A stretch of DNA of 64,000 bases from Methylobacteriaceae bacterium (GCA_020638135.1 JACKJE010000016.1:925-64924); one strand, 5' to 3'; counted from the stretch's first letter, positions 49,236 to 59,807 are shown. A program made the numbers and translations. Notes: generated by a model from the letters alone, not told the origin.

Positions 49236-50681
49236 CTACCGTCCGCCGGTAGGAAGCGGAAGCGGCGCCATATCCAGTTGATCCGATGGCGTTTCCGGTA
49301 GAGGAATCTCGATCCGCTCCGGCGCCGGCGCGACGATGGGCGCCGGCTTGTCGAGTTGATGCGTCAGCTCCGGCCAAACGAAAGTCGCAGTCACGACCGC
49401 CGCCAGCGCCGCGAGAAAAGGCGCGACCGCACGCGCGATCGCCGCTGTCGTCGCAGCGACGTCCTTCGCCGCGCGCGACATCATTATGGAATAGCCGAGC
49501 GGCGGCGTCAGAAAGCTCGCCTGCAGCGTCAGCGCCGTGAGCGCGGCGACCCAGGCTGCGTCCGGCGCGCGCATCAGCGCGCCCGGCATGACGATCGGCA
49601 CGACCACGAAAACGATCTCGAAGGCGTCGAGCACGAGCGCGGAAGCCGCCATGATCAAGAGCAGCGCCAGGACGGCGCCGGTCGCGCCGCCCGCCGCGGA
49701 GGCAAGCAGGTCGCTCGCAAGCCGGTCGGTCCCGAGTACGCGCAGAACGAGCGTGAAGGTCGTCGCGGCGACGAGCAGCGCGAACAGGGCGCCGGAAATC
49801 GCCAGCGTGTTGCGCAATATCTCCTTCAGGGCGTCGACAGTCAGGGCGCGCGCGAAAACGCCAGCCGCCAGCAGCGCGACGCAACCGGTGGCGGCGGCCT
49901 CCACGGCATAGAACAGGCCGCTCGCCACGCCGCCGAGCAGGACGAGGACAGACAGCGCGCACAGCGCCGCAACCACCGCCTCCCGCTTGGCGAGCGGCGG
50001 CTCTTTCTCCCGCGCCTCGCCCCGGCCCGCGCCCACGAACGCCACGAGCGCCCAGAGCGCCAGCGTCAAACCGGCAGGGACCAGCGCGGCGCGAAAAACG
50101 TCCTGCGTGTTGACGATCCGCACCGACGCATGGGTCGCGCGCGCCGCGATGGAATGGGCGTTCAGCATGGCGTCGCCGAGAAACAGCAGGACGAGCGACG
50201 GCGGAATGGCGACGCCGAGCGTGCTGGCGGCCGCGACCAGCGCGACGCGTTCGGCCGGCGGAACGCCCGCCCGCGCCAGCAGCGGCGCGACGCCGCGCGA
50301 CAGCATGGCGACGCTCGCGCCGACCGAGCCGTTCATCGGCGCGACCAGCGCCCCGATGGCCAGCGCGGAAAGACGCTGGGCCGCAGCGCTGTTGCGCCCC
50401 AGCGCCGAGCCCGTGCGGAACAGGCTCTCCACCAGCGGCAGCCGGTTCATTGTCGCGCCCATCATCACGAACAGCGGCAGCGCCTGTAAGAGATCGCCCT
50501 CGAGCAGCGCCTGCAGCCGTGCGCCGAGCGCCTGCAGCAGCGCCGCATCGCCGCCGCTCGCGACGACGAACAAGGCGCCGAGCCCTGCCGCGCCGATCAG
50601 CACGAGAAAGGCCGGCAGGCCGGTCGCCAGCATGACGCCGGCGACCAGCGGGAACAGCGCAACGCCGACCCAGGCGTTCAT
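49236..50681 (-). CDS. TRAP transporter large permease (DctM family) with a Pro-rich C-terminal extension
   Basis: Multi-TM protein MNAWVGVALFPLVAGVMLATGLPAFLVLIG...LFVMMGATM. ATGA overlap with the small-permease stop. Confidence 0.75.
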   Translation of the reverse strand: MNAWVGVALFPLVAGVMLATGLPAFLVLIGAAGLGALFVVASGGDAALLQALGARLQALLEGDLLQALPLFVMMGATMNRLPLVESLFRTGSALGRNSAAAQRLSALAIGALVAPMNGSVGASVAMLSRGVAPLLARAGVPPAERVALVAAASTLGVAIPPSLVLLFLGDAMLNAHSIAARATHASVRIVNTQDVFRAALVPAGLTLALWALVAFVGAGRGEAREKEPPLAKREAVVAALCALSVLVLLGGVASGLFYAVEAAATGCVALLAAGVFARALTVDALKEILRNTLAISGALFALLVAATTFTLVLRVLGTDRLASDLLASAAGGATGAVLALLLIMAASALVLDAFEIVFVVVPIVMPGALMRAPDAAWVAALTALTLQASFLTPPLGYSIMMSRAAKDVAATTAAIARAVAPFLAALAAVVTATFVWPELTHQLDKPAPIVAPAPERIEIPLPETPSDQLDMAPLPLPTGGR

Positions 50682-51178
50682 GCGCTCTCGTCTTCCGGAT
50701 CGCGCACAGCGGCGGACAGGTCGACGAGCGCCTGCGCCGCGACCAGCGCCGCCAGCGCGATGACGGCGAGCTTGATGAAGAAATAGCCGGGATTGTTGGT
50801 TTCCGGAAAGCGCTCGAGGACCAGCAGCGACCGCCACGCGTCGCGGCCGTAGACCATCATGACGAAGATCGACCAGGGCAGCGCGATGAAGGCCGCGCCG
50901 GCCGCGGCGACCCAACGGCGCGTCCGCGCCCCCAGGCTGCGGGCGAAAAAGTCGGCGCGCAGATGCGTTCCCGCGCGACTCGCCGCCGTCAGCGCGATCG
51001 CGATGAACAGCGCAAACAGCCATTGTCCGAGATCATTGGCCTCGCGCGAGCAGCAGCGCACGGCGTCGCGCAGCGGCCATTGCGCGCTGAGCAGCAGCAC
51101 GACCGGCAGCGCCAGCCATTTGCCGGCTTCCTCGATCCGCCCGACGAGGCGATCGAGGACCTCCGCGACCCCATCCAT
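50678..51178 (-). CDS. TRAP transporter small permease (DctQ family)
   Basis: 166 aa with four hydrophobic segments. Translationally coupled to the DctM-like gene. Confidence 0.7.
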   Translation of the reverse strand: MDGVAEVLDRLVGRIEEAGKWLALPVVLLLSAQWPLRDAVRCCSREANDLGQWLFALFIAIALTAASRAGTHLRADFFARSLGARTRRWVAAAGAAFIALPWSIFVMMVYGRDAWRSLLVLERFPETNNPGYFFIKLAVIALAALVAAQALVDLSAAVRDPEDESA

Positions 51179-51292
51179 CGCTTCATTCTCCCAATGTTCA
51201 GACTAAGCTATGACCCAAGGCCCCGGCAATGCGCGCCGTCTTGCGCCGGGCGCGCCGATCGGCCAACGTGCGACCCCATCTCGCCGGGCCCT

Positions 51293-52117
51293 ATGCCGCA
51301 GACCAACGCAACCCCCGATCCCGCCGTCAGCCTCGAGCGCGTGACCGTCGCCTTCGGCGCGGGCGCCGCGCGCTACGTCGCGGTCGCCGACGCAGATCTC
51401 GCCGTCGGGACGAGTGAGTTCGTCGCCATTGTTGGGCCAACCGGCTGCGGCAAGTCGACACTGCTCAATGTCGTCGCCGGCCTGCTGAAACCGGCCGGAG
51501 GCAGCGCGCGCGTGCAGGGCGCCGAAGTCTCCGGCGTCATGGCGCCCTGCGGCTATCTCTTCCAGCAGGACGCGCTCATGCCGTGGAAGACGGCGCGCGA
51601 CAATGTCGCCGTCGCGCTCGAGCCCAAGGGCGTCGCCCGCGCCGAGGCGCTCGCGCGCGCGCAAGGCTGGTTGGCGAAAGTCGGGCTCGCCCTCTTCGGC
51701 GACCGCTATCCGCACCAGCTCTCCGGCGGCCAGCGCAAGCGCGTCGCGCTGGCGCAGATGCTGATCCGCGATCCGCAGATCCTGCTGATGGACGAACCCT
51801 TCGGACCGCTCGACGCGCAGACCCGCGCGCTGATGGGCGATCTGCTGCTCGATCTCTGGTCGGCGGACCGCAAGGCGGTTCTCTTCGTCACGCACGATCT
51901 CGAAGAGGCGATCGCGCTCGCCGATCGCGTCGTCGTCATGTCGGCCGGCCCCGCCGCGCGTATCGTCGCCGAGCACGCGATCGACCTGCCGCGCCCGCGC
52001 GAAATCAACGAAATCCGCCTCGATCCGAAGTTCCACACGATCCAGCGCGCGATCTGGAACGACCTGCGCGAGGAAGTGCTGAAGACCTATCAGGCGCAGG
52101 CGGGAGGCGCGGCGTGA
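51293..52117 (+). CDS. ABC transporter ATP-binding protein (nitrate/sulfonate/taurine NitT/TauT family)
   Basis: GPTGCGKSTLLN Walker A, LSGGQRKRVALA signature, LLMDEPFGPLD Walker B. Confidence 0.9.
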   Translation: MPQTNATPDPAVSLERVTVAFGAGAARYVAVADADLAVGTSEFVAIVGPTGCGKSTLLNVVAGLLKPAGGSARVQGAEVSGVMAPCGYLFQQDALMPWKTARDNVAVALEPKGVARAEALARAQGWLAKVGLALFGDRYPHQLSGGQRKRVALAQMLIRDPQILLMDEPFGPLDAQTRALMGDLLLDLWSADRKAVLFVTHDLEEAIALADRVVVMSAGPAARIVAEHAIDLPRPREINEIRLDPKFHTIQRAIWNDLREEVLKTYQAQAGGAA

Positions 52118-52899
52118 ATCGCTCCACACTCCTCGCCTGGCAGGTCGGCGTCGCGGTCGCCCTGCTCGCGATCTGGCACGTCGGATCGAGCGTGCCGATC
52201 TTCGGCTTCTACTTCATGCCGAAATTCTTTTTTTCCACGCCGGCGGACGTGCTCGGGCGCGTATGGAAGATGTTCGTGACCGGCGTCGTCTGGCGCCATC
52301 TGTGGATCACGCTGACCGAAACCGCGCTCGCCTTCGTCATCGGCTCGGTGGCGGGCGCCGGCATCGGCTTCTGGTTCGCGCGCAAGCCGAAGCTCGCGGC
52401 CATCTTCGATCCCTTCCTGAAAGCCGCCAATTCGCTGCCGCGCGTCGTGCTGGCGCCGATCTTCATGCTGTGGTTTGGGCTCGGCGTGTGGTCCAAGGTC
52501 GCGCTCGGCGTCACGCTCGTCTTCTTCATCGTCTTCTTCAACGTCTATCAGGGCCTGCGCGAGACCTCGCCGGTCGTGCTCGCCAACGCCCGCATGCTCG
52601 GCATGAACGACCGCCAGCTGATGCGCCACGTCTACTGGCCGTCGACGCTCACCTGGGTCTTCTCCTCGCTGCACGCCTCGGTCGGTTTCGCGCTGGTCGG
52701 CGCCGTCGTCGGCGAATATCTGGGCGCGGCGGCGGGGCTGGGCTATCTCATTCACGAGGCCGAAGGCGTATTCGACGTGACCGGCGTCTTCGCCGGCATG
52801 ATCGTGCTCGCGCTCTTCGTCATCGCCATCGACTGGGCGGTGACATCGATCGAAAACCGGCTGCTGGTCTGGCGCCCGCAGCCGCATCAACAAAGCTGA
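52114..52899 (+). CDS. ABC transporter permease (NitT/TauT family)
   Basis: GTG start overlaps the ATPase stop (GTGA). BPD-transport pattern with six TM segments. Confidence 0.85.
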   Translation: MNRSTLLAWQVGVAVALLAIWHVGSSVPIFGFYFMPKFFFSTPADVLGRVWKMFVTGVVWRHLWITLTETALAFVIGSVAGAGIGFWFARKPKLAAIFDPFLKAANSLPRVVLAPIFMLWFGLGVWSKVALGVTLVFFIVFFNVYQGLRETSPVVLANARMLGMNDRQLMRHVYWPSTLTWVFSSLHASVGFALVGAVVGEYLGAAAGLGYLIHEAEGVFDVTGVFAGMIVLALFVIAIDWAVTSIENRLLVWRPQPHQQS

Positions 52900-52910
52900 G
52901 GAAACATCCC

Positions 52911-53930
52911 ATGAAGAAGCATATGCTGCTCGGCGCCTTCGCCGCTCTCGCCTTTACCGCCACCGCCGCGCTCGCGCAGGTCGCGGGCATCGAGAAGCCC
53001 AAGCTCGTCATCGGCGTCGGCGGCAAGTCGCTGCTCTACTATCTGCCGCTGACGATCGCAGAGAAGAAGGGCTACTTCAAGGAACAGGGCCTCGACGCCG
53101 AGATCATCGATTTCGCCGGCGGCGCCAAGAGCCTGCAGGCGCTGATCGGCGGCTCGGTCGATATCGTCGCCGGCGCCTACGAGCATACGATCCACATGCA
53201 GGCCAAGGGCCAGGACATCCGCGCGACCGTCGATCTCGGCCGTTATCCCGGCATCGTCATCGCGCTGCGCAAGGACGTGAAATACGACAAGCCCTCCGAC
53301 CTCAAGGGCCTGAAGATCGGCGTCACCGCGCCGGGCTCCTCGACCAACATGCTCGCCAAATTCTTCCTCGCCAAGAACGGCCTCTCGCCCGACGACGCGT
53401 CGTGGATCGGCGTCGGCGGCGCGGCCTCCGCCGTGGCGGCTATCCGCAACAAGCAGGTCGACGGCGTCTCGCATCTCGAACCCGTCATCACCATGCTCGA
53501 GCAGACCGGCGATATCAAAATCGTCGCCGACACGCGCACGGAAGCCGGAACGCGCGCCCTGTTCGGCGGCGAGAATCCGGCCGCCGTCATCTACACGAAG
53601 AAGGCCTTCATCGACGCCAATCCGAACACCGTGCAGGCGATCGTCAACGCCGAATACAAGGCGCTGCAATGGTTGAAGACGGCGAGCGCCGAGGATGTGG
53701 CGAGCCTCGTGCCGGAAAACTACCTGCTCGGCGACAGGAAGCTCTACATGGCCGCCTTCCAGTCCTCGCGCGCCTCCTATTCGCAGACCGGCCTGATCGA
53801 CCCCGCAGGCATGAAGAGCGCCCTCGACATGCTCGCGCAATTCACGCCCGACCTGAAGAGCGCCAAGATCGACCTCGGCGCGACCTTCGACGACCGCTTT
53901 GCCAAGAAGGCGGCCGAGAGCGTGAAGTAA
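52911..53930 (+). CDS. ABC transporter substrate-binding protein (NMT1/SsuA/TauA-like)
   Basis: Signal peptide MKKHMLLGAFAALAFTATAALAQ. LVIGVGGKSLLYYLPLTIAEKKGYFKEQGLD pattern. Confidence 0.85.
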   Translation: MKKHMLLGAFAALAFTATAALAQVAGIEKPKLVIGVGGKSLLYYLPLTIAEKKGYFKEQGLDAEIIDFAGGAKSLQALIGGSVDIVAGAYEHTIHMQAKGQDIRATVDLGRYPGIVIALRKDVKYDKPSDLKGLKIGVTAPGSSTNMLAKFFLAKNGLSPDDASWIGVGGAASAVAAIRNKQVDGVSHLEPVITMLEQTGDIKIVADTRTEAGTRALFGGENPAAVIYTKKAFIDANPNTVQAIVNAEYKALQWLKTASAEDVASLVPENYLLGDRKLYMAAFQSSRASYSQTGLIDPAGMKSALDMLAQFTPDLKSAKIDLGATFDDRFAKKAAESVK

Positions 53931-53934
53931 TCAG

Positions 53935-53995
53935 GACCGCGAGCCTTCAGGCTCGCATTTCTCAGGAGAAGGATTGCGAGCCTGAAGGCTCGCAG
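53935..53995. repeat. pair of family-2 hairpin repeat units
   Basis: GACCGCGAGCCTTCAGGCTCGCA, then a 16-nt spacer, then TTGCGAGCCTGAAGGCTCGCAG. Same units as at 8091-8139. Confidence 0.9.
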
Positions 53996-54010
53996 TCCAA
54001 GATTGCGACC

Positions 54011-54865
54011 ATGAACATCCTCTCGATCCAGTCCCACGTCGTCTACGGCCATGTCGGCAATTCCGCCGCGGTCTTCGCCCTGCAGCGCCTCGGCGTCGAG
54101 GTCTGGCCGGTCCACACCGTGCAATTCTCCAATCATGCGGGCTATGGCGCGTTGCGCGGAAAGGCCTTCGACGCGGGACTGATCGACGACTGCGTGACCG
54201 GCGTCGCCGAACGCGGCGCGCTCGCCCAGTGCGACGGACTGATCTCCGGCTATGTCGGCTCGGCCGAAACGGGCGAGGCGATCATCCGCGCCGTCCATCG
54301 CATGAAGAAGGAAAACCCGCGCGCGCTCTATTGCTGCGATCCCGTGATCGGCGACGCCGGCCCCGGCGTGTTCGTCAAGCCGGGCGTGCCTGAGTTCTTC
54401 GCGGATTCAGCCCTCGCCGTCGCCGATATCGTCACGCCCAATCATTTCGAACTGGAATGGCTGACGGCCAAGCCCATTGTCGGCATGAAGGGCTTTCGCG
54501 CCGCCATCGACGCGCTGCATGCGCGCGGACCGACGATCGTCCTCGTCACCTCGGCCCATCTCGCCGATACGCCGGACGATTGCGTCGATCTCTTCGTCTC
54601 GTCCTTCGAGGGCGTCTTCCGCATCCGCACGCCGCGCCTGCCGGTGACGTTCAACGGCTCGGGCGACGTGGTCGCGGCCCTCTTCTTCGCCCATTGCCTG
54701 CAGACGCAATCGCCGAAGACCGCGCTCGAACGCGCCAGCGCGTCGATTTTCAGCATCCTCGAGCGCACGCACGAGGAAGGTCGCCACGAACTCATGCTGA
54801 TCGAGGCGCAGGACCAACTCGTCGCGCCGACGACGACCTTCGTCGCAGAAGAAATCACTCAGTAG
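54011..54865 (+). CDS. pdxY: pyridoxal kinase
   Basis: MNILSIQSHVVYGHVGNSAAVFALQRLG...SGY.GS...CDPV.GD...VTPN.FE...GSGD. 284 aa. Confidence 0.9.
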   Translation: MNILSIQSHVVYGHVGNSAAVFALQRLGVEVWPVHTVQFSNHAGYGALRGKAFDAGLIDDCVTGVAERGALAQCDGLISGYVGSAETGEAIIRAVHRMKKENPRALYCCDPVIGDAGPGVFVKPGVPEFFADSALAVADIVTPNHFELEWLTAKPIVGMKGFRAAIDALHARGPTIVLVTSAHLADTPDDCVDLFVSSFEGVFRIRTPRLPVTFNGSGDVVAALFFAHCLQTQSPKTALERASASIFSILERTHEEGRHELMLIEAQDQLVAPTTTFVAEEITQ

Positions 54866-57800
54866 CGCCCGGCGGTCGAGGGATCGGGCGCCGCGCCGCG
54901 TTTGGCGGGCGCGAAGGCCGCCGGCGGGCGCCTCGGCGGCGCGGGATGCTGCGGCGTCAGCACGGTCGCAGGCGCGCGAGGCGGGGGCGGCGACACGGGC
55001 GGAGGCGCCGGCGGCTGCTCCAGAATGCGCCGGGCCTCCTCCAGCGCGCGCCGTTCCTCGTCGTTACGGCGATCCATCTTCAGGCGTCGGTTGAAGAAAG
55101 CGCGTTCGTGGATATCGGCCTCGAGCGCGGCGTTGCGTTCGGCCTCGCGCGCGATCGCCCGTTCCGCCAGCGCGCCGATCAGCGCATCCGCATTCACCCT
55201 GCGGGCAAGCGCGCCATGCTCCCCGCTCCAGGAAATCTCGATGCCCGGCGCGCTCGTCCAACCCGCGGGCCCCGGCGCGCTCAACGTCTCGCGCACGTCG
55301 AGCGCGCCCGTGCGCAGGTCGAGCGCTCCCGACAGATGCGCGGAGGCATCGCCGACGCGCAACTGCGTCGGCGCAAACGAGAGACGGCCGGAGGCGATAG
55401 TCGCCTGGCTCTCGAACGCCGGCAATTCCTGCGCGTCCTTGTCCATTTCGCGTGCGAGCGTCTGCGAGATTGCGAGCGGCTCGAACGCGCCCTCCGCCTT
55501 CTCGGCCTCGGCTACGACATGCGCGAGCGCTTCCGGCGCCGCCTGCGCGATCCGCGCGTCCGAAAATTTCAGGCGCGCCGAACCGGCAAGCGACGCGACA
55601 AGCTCCGCCATCGAACTGCCGGCGCCGGACAGGTCGACCGCGCCGTTCACACGCGCCGCGAAAGGACCGGCGGACGCCGCGAGGCTCTCGCCGTTCAGCG
55701 CGGCCTTCGCGATGACCGCGCCGCCCTCGCGCCGTACCGCCGCCTCACCGGACACGCGTCCCTCGCCGAGCGTCATCGCAATTTCGCGCGCTGCGACGAC
55801 GCCCGGCGCGAGCGACAACCGCAACCGCGCGTCCTGCGCAACTAGCCCGGCGCCGAGATCGAGGCGCCCGACATCGAGCCCGACATCGGCATTCGGCGGA
55901 TCGAACCGCGCCGGCGCGAATTTCAGCATCGGCCAAAGCGCGGCGGCGGACGCAGGCTGCGGCGGGCCGAGCGCGAGCGCGGCGAGGTCCGGCGCGGACA
56001 GATGATCGAGCGCGAGCGCGCCGCTGACAGCGCCCGCCACATCGCGCGCAAGATCGCCCTTCGCCTTCACGCCGGCGATCTCGGCGGCGATCGACGACAG
56101 CGCGAGCCCCTGTCCGTCGAAACGCATCTGCGCGCGCCCGCTCAAGGGAACCTTCTTTGACAAATCCGGCGCGCCGAAAGCGAAGAGCGGCGCGAGCCGC
56201 GCAAGATCGGCGCTCTCGCCGATCAGTTCGCCGCGCGCCGACGCTCGGTCGAGCGCGAGAATTGTCTCGCCTGCAAAGCGTAACGACAGGCCCGCGAGGT
56301 CGAGACTCGCGCGCGTCCGCAACGGCGCGCCGACCACGCCTTCGCCCTCGGCCTCGAGCCGCGCGCCGCCGACGCCCTTGAGCGGCAGGACGGCAAGCCC
56401 CGCCTGCCGCAACAGCGTCGCGGCTTCGGGCGCCTGCACGCTGAGACGCGCCTGCATGCGGCCCTCCCCGGCAGGTTGCGCCTGCGCGCTGTAGCGCGCC
56501 CCGCCCGCATCGCCCGAAAGATTGAGCTGCGTGAAGGCGCCGTTCGCATCGATCGCGACGCCGAACGTCAGATGCGCGGGCGACAGCGCTCGTGCGCGGG
56601 CGACAAGCGCCTCGCTCGCCGGCCCCGGCGCGACGCGACGCACGAGCGCGGCGAGATCGCTCAATCTTTCGGCGTCCAGCTTGAAATCGAAACCGCCGCC
56701 CTGCTCCGTCACGCGGCCCGAGCCCGAGAGATCGGCGCCGCCGAGGCCGAGGATCGACATGTCCTTCAGCAGGGTGACGCCATCGGCGCGCGTCAGCGAC
56801 AGCCGTAGCCGGCCCGTCTCCGCCGGCGCGGCGCCGATGCGCGCGACGCGCAGCGATTGCGCGTCGAGCGACAGCATCAGATCGTCTCTCGCGCTCACAT
56901 GCGCAAGCGCGGAAAAATCCGGAAGGCTGTCGATGTCGACGAGAGGCGCGGCGAGGCGCATATCGAGTCGGCTGCGTGCATTGGGCGTCGCCGCGCGCCA
57001 GTCGATCGCGCCGGCAAGCCGCGAGCGATCGATCTCGATCGCGCGCGCAGCGAGCGTCAGGCCGTCGGCGTCGACGCGCGCGTGGCCGTCATAGGAGAGC
57101 CGCGTGAAAACGCCGGCCGTCAGCCAGCGCGCGAGTTCTGGCGCGACGGGCGTGATATAGGCGGCGAGCTTGCCCGCGTCGCGCGTCTCGACTTTCAGCT
57201 CGCCGTCGAACGCGCGCGCCGCAATCACATCGAACGCGCCGTCGTAATGCAGCCGCGTGCGGCCGGGCAGTCCGGCGTCGAGCGCGATGCGCGGCGTCGC
57301 CTCGGGCTTGCGCGCGACATCGGCCGCGACATTGGTCAAGGCCTGACCGCCGAGCGTCACGCTGTCGGCGGCAAGCCGGAGCCGCAACGCGAGCGCGGGC
57401 GCGGCCTGCGCTGCGTCAAACGTGGCGTGTCCCGCGCGAAACCGGTCGAGATCGAGGCTCGCCGCCTGCAGCCGCCCATCAAGACCGTTTTCACGCGAAA
57501 AATCGGCGGCGCCGGAAAAGCTCAGCGCGTGATCGTCGTCGCCGAGGCGCGCATCGATCTTGTCGGCATGCAGTGCGTCGGCATTCGCCGCGAGCATGAA
57601 ATTCGCGCGCGCGGGCGCGCCGCCGAGCGCGCCATTGACAATCGCCTGGCCGGAAAAAGTTGCCGCGCCATCCTCCAGCGCGACTTCGCCGGTCGCCTCG
57701 ACATGCGCTTGCGAGCCGCGATCGTCGAAAGCGAATTTTCCGCGCAACCGGCCCTGTTCGATCGAGGCGGTCGAAAAGGAGAAATCGACGGCGCGCGCGC

Positions 57801-58311
57801 CGCGCCAGACGCCCTGCCCGCGAAACGGCCCGGCAAGCGTATCGGCGGCGCCGGTCATGTCGACATGATCGAACGCCAACGGATGCGCGCCTGCGACGCG
57901 CAGGGCGGCGTCGGTCAGGCGAAAGCGCGCCACCGCGACGCGCGCGCCCTGCACGTCGGCGATATCGAGCAAGGCCGGTTCGAGCGACACCTCGGCATGG
58001 TCGAGGCCGATATCGGTGAATTCGAAGGCGCCGCGCAACAACGCCGGCGCCGAGAGTTCGAGCGCCGTTTCTCGCGCGCGAATGACGAGCCCCGCGCGTT
58101 CGGCGACGAGCGCGCCCGCCGTCAGCCGTGGCGCCGGCAGCAGCCGCAGGCGCACCGGCCCCTCCAGCGCGACGCGCCCGCCAAAACCTTCGCCGAGCTT
58201 CTGCGCGATCGCCGCGCCGTGTTTCGTCCAGTCGACGAACGGCGGCACGGCGAGCGCGGCCGCGAGCGCGACCACGATGCAGGCGGCGATGATCGTCAGG
58301 ATTTCGCGCAA
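54859..58311 (-). CDS. AsmA family outer-membrane biogenesis protein (1150 aa) with a Pro-rich C-terminal tail
   Basis: N-terminal anchor MREILTIIAACIVVALAAALAV. Long Ala/Gly/Leu-rich beta-rich body typical of AsmA-like proteins. It overlaps the pdxY 3' end by 7 nt (convergent). Confidence 0.75.
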   Translation of the reverse strand: MREILTIIAACIVVALAAALAVPPFVDWTKHGAAIAQKLGEGFGGRVALEGPVRLRLLPAPRLTAGALVAERAGLVIRARETALELSAPALLRGAFEFTDIGLDHAEVSLEPALLDIADVQGARVAVARFRLTDAALRVAGAHPLAFDHVDMTGAADTLAGPFRGQGVWRGARAVDFSFSTASIEQGRLRGKFAFDDRGSQAHVEATGEVALEDGAATFSGQAIVNGALGGAPARANFMLAANADALHADKIDARLGDDDHALSFSGAADFSRENGLDGRLQAASLDLDRFRAGHATFDAAQAAPALALRLRLAADSVTLGGQALTNVAADVARKPEATPRIALDAGLPGRTRLHYDGAFDVIAARAFDGELKVETRDAGKLAAYITPVAPELARWLTAGVFTRLSYDGHARVDADGLTLAARAIEIDRSRLAGAIDWRAATPNARSRLDMRLAAPLVDIDSLPDFSALAHVSARDDLMLSLDAQSLRVARIGAAPAETGRLRLSLTRADGVTLLKDMSILGLGGADLSGSGRVTEQGGGFDFKLDAERLSDLAALVRRVAPGPASEALVARARALSPAHLTFGVAIDANGAFTQLNLSGDAGGARYSAQAQPAGEGRMQARLSVQAPEAATLLRQAGLAVLPLKGVGGARLEAEGEGVVGAPLRTRASLDLAGLSLRFAGETILALDRASARGELIGESADLARLAPLFAFGAPDLSKKVPLSGRAQMRFDGQGLALSSIAAEIAGVKAKGDLARDVAGAVSGALALDHLSAPDLAALALGPPQPASAAALWPMLKFAPARFDPPNADVGLDVGRLDLGAGLVAQDARLRLSLAPGVVAAREIAMTLGEGRVSGEAAVRREGGAVIAKAALNGESLAASAGPFAARVNGAVDLSGAGSSMAELVASLAGSARLKFSDARIAQAAPEALAHVVAEAEKAEGAFEPLAISQTLAREMDKDAQELPAFESQATIASGRLSFAPTQLRVGDASAHLSGALDLRTGALDVRETLSAPGPAGWTSAPGIEISWSGEHGALARRVNADALIGALAERAIAREAERNAALEADIHERAFFNRRLKMDRRNDEERRALEEARRILEQPPAPPPVSPPPPRAPATVLTPQHPAPPRRPPAAFAPAKRGAAPDPSTAGRY

Positions 58312-58367
58312 TGGCCTCGTTCCGATTCCGCGCGCATCCTACCGCAATTCGTGGCCTGCGGATGGCC

Positions 58368-59807
58368 TCAGGGATCGCGGGCCGACAAGGGGCGCGCCAC
58401 CGCTTCCAGCGGCCGCCGTTCGGCCGCCACGCCCCAGCGCAAGGTCGCGGCAGCCGCGCCGATCATGCAGGCCGCGCCGAACAGATAGCCGGCAAACAGC
58501 GCGAGCCGCGAGCCCGTGCCGATCAGCTCGCCGAAAATATAGGGCGCGGCGACCCCGCCGAGCGCCGTGCCGAAGGCGTAGAACAGGGCGATGGCGAGCG
58601 CGCGGATTTCTACGGGGAAGATTTCGCTGACCGTCAGATAGGCGGAACTCGCCGCCGCCGAGGCGAGAAAGAACACGCAGGACCAGACGAGGGTCTGCTG
58701 ATGCGCGCTGAGCGCGCCGCGCCAGAACAGATAGCCGGCGACGGCGAGCGCCATGCCGGAGGCGGCGTAGGTCGCAACGATCATCGGCCGCCGTCCGAGC
58801 GTGTCGAACAAGGGTCCGAGCAGAAACGGCCCCAGCACATTGCCGAGCGCGAAGGGAATGAGATGCCAGCCGACCTGATCCGGCGGCACGGCGTAAAAGC
58901 GCGTGAGGATCAGCGCATAGGTGAAGAAGATGGCGTTGTAGAAAAACGCCTGCGCGCCCATCAGCGCGAGCCCGACGAAGGAGCGCGTGCGATGCGTGTG
59001 CACGATCGCCTCGTAGACTTCGCCGAGCGGCGTATGCGTGCGCGCGGCGAGCGTGAGCTTCGGCGCGTCGCCGAGTTCCGCGAGCCTGTGGCCCGATGCG
59101 CGAAAATCGGCCTCGAGCTTGTCGACGATCGCTTCCGCTTCGCCCGCGCGCCCGTGGATCGCCAGCCAGCGCGGGCTCTCGGGCAGAAAGGCGCGCAAGC
59201 CGAGAATGAGCAGGCCGAGCGCCGCGCCGATGAAGAAGGCGAGGCGCCAGCCGACATCGGGCGCAAAGCGCGCGGGATCGAGCAGAACGATGGAGGCCGC
59301 GGCGCCCATCGCCGCGCCGACCCAGAACGTGCCGTTGATCGAGAGATCGACGCGGCCGCGATAGCGCGCTGGCATCAATTCCTGGATGGTCGAATTGATC
59401 GCGGCATATTCGCCGCCGATGCCCGCGCCGGTGAGCAGGCGAAAGAAGCAGAAGCTCGCAAAGCTCCACGAGAACGCCGTCGCGGCGGTCGCCAGCAGAT
59501 AGAGCGCCAGCGTGATGAAGAACAGCTTCTTGCGGCCGAGCCGATCGGTCAGCCAGCCGAACAGCAGCGCGCCGACGACAGCGCCCGCGAGATAGAAACT
59601 CGAGGCGAGCCCGATCTCGGCGTCGCTGAAATGCAGGCTCGGCGACGCCTTGAGCGCGCCGGCGATCGCGCCAGCGATCGTCACCTCCAGCCCGTCGAGC
59701 ACCCAGGTGACGCCGAGCGCCACGGCGACCAGCGTGTGGAAGCGTCCCCACGGCAGACGATCGAGCCTCTGGGGAATGTCGGTGACGATGCGCGCGGTCT
59801 CGCTCAT
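58368..59807 (-). CDS. MFS transporter (metabolite:H+ symporter-like)
   Basis: 12-TM pattern. GWLTDRLGRKK MFS loop motif and PESPRWL. Confidence 0.85.
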   Translation of the reverse strand: MSETARIVTDIPQRLDRLPWGRFHTLVAVALGVTWVLDGLEVTIAGAIAGALKASPSLHFSDAEIGLASSFYLAGAVVGALLFGWLTDRLGRKKLFFITLALYLLATAATAFSWSFASFCFFRLLTGAGIGGEYAAINSTIQELMPARYRGRVDLSINGTFWVGAAMGAAASIVLLDPARFAPDVGWRLAFFIGAALGLLILGLRAFLPESPRWLAIHGRAGEAEAIVDKLEADFRASGHRLAELGDAPKLTLAARTHTPLGEVYEAIVHTHRTRSFVGLALMGAQAFFYNAIFFTYALILTRFYAVPPDQVGWHLIPFALGNVLGPFLLGPLFDTLGRRPMIVATYAASGMALAVAGYLFWRGALSAHQQTLVWSCVFFLASAAASSAYLTVSEIFPVEIRALAIALFYAFGTALGGVAAPYIFGELIGTGSRLALFAGYLFGAACMIGAAAATLRWGVAAERRPLEAVARPLSARDP

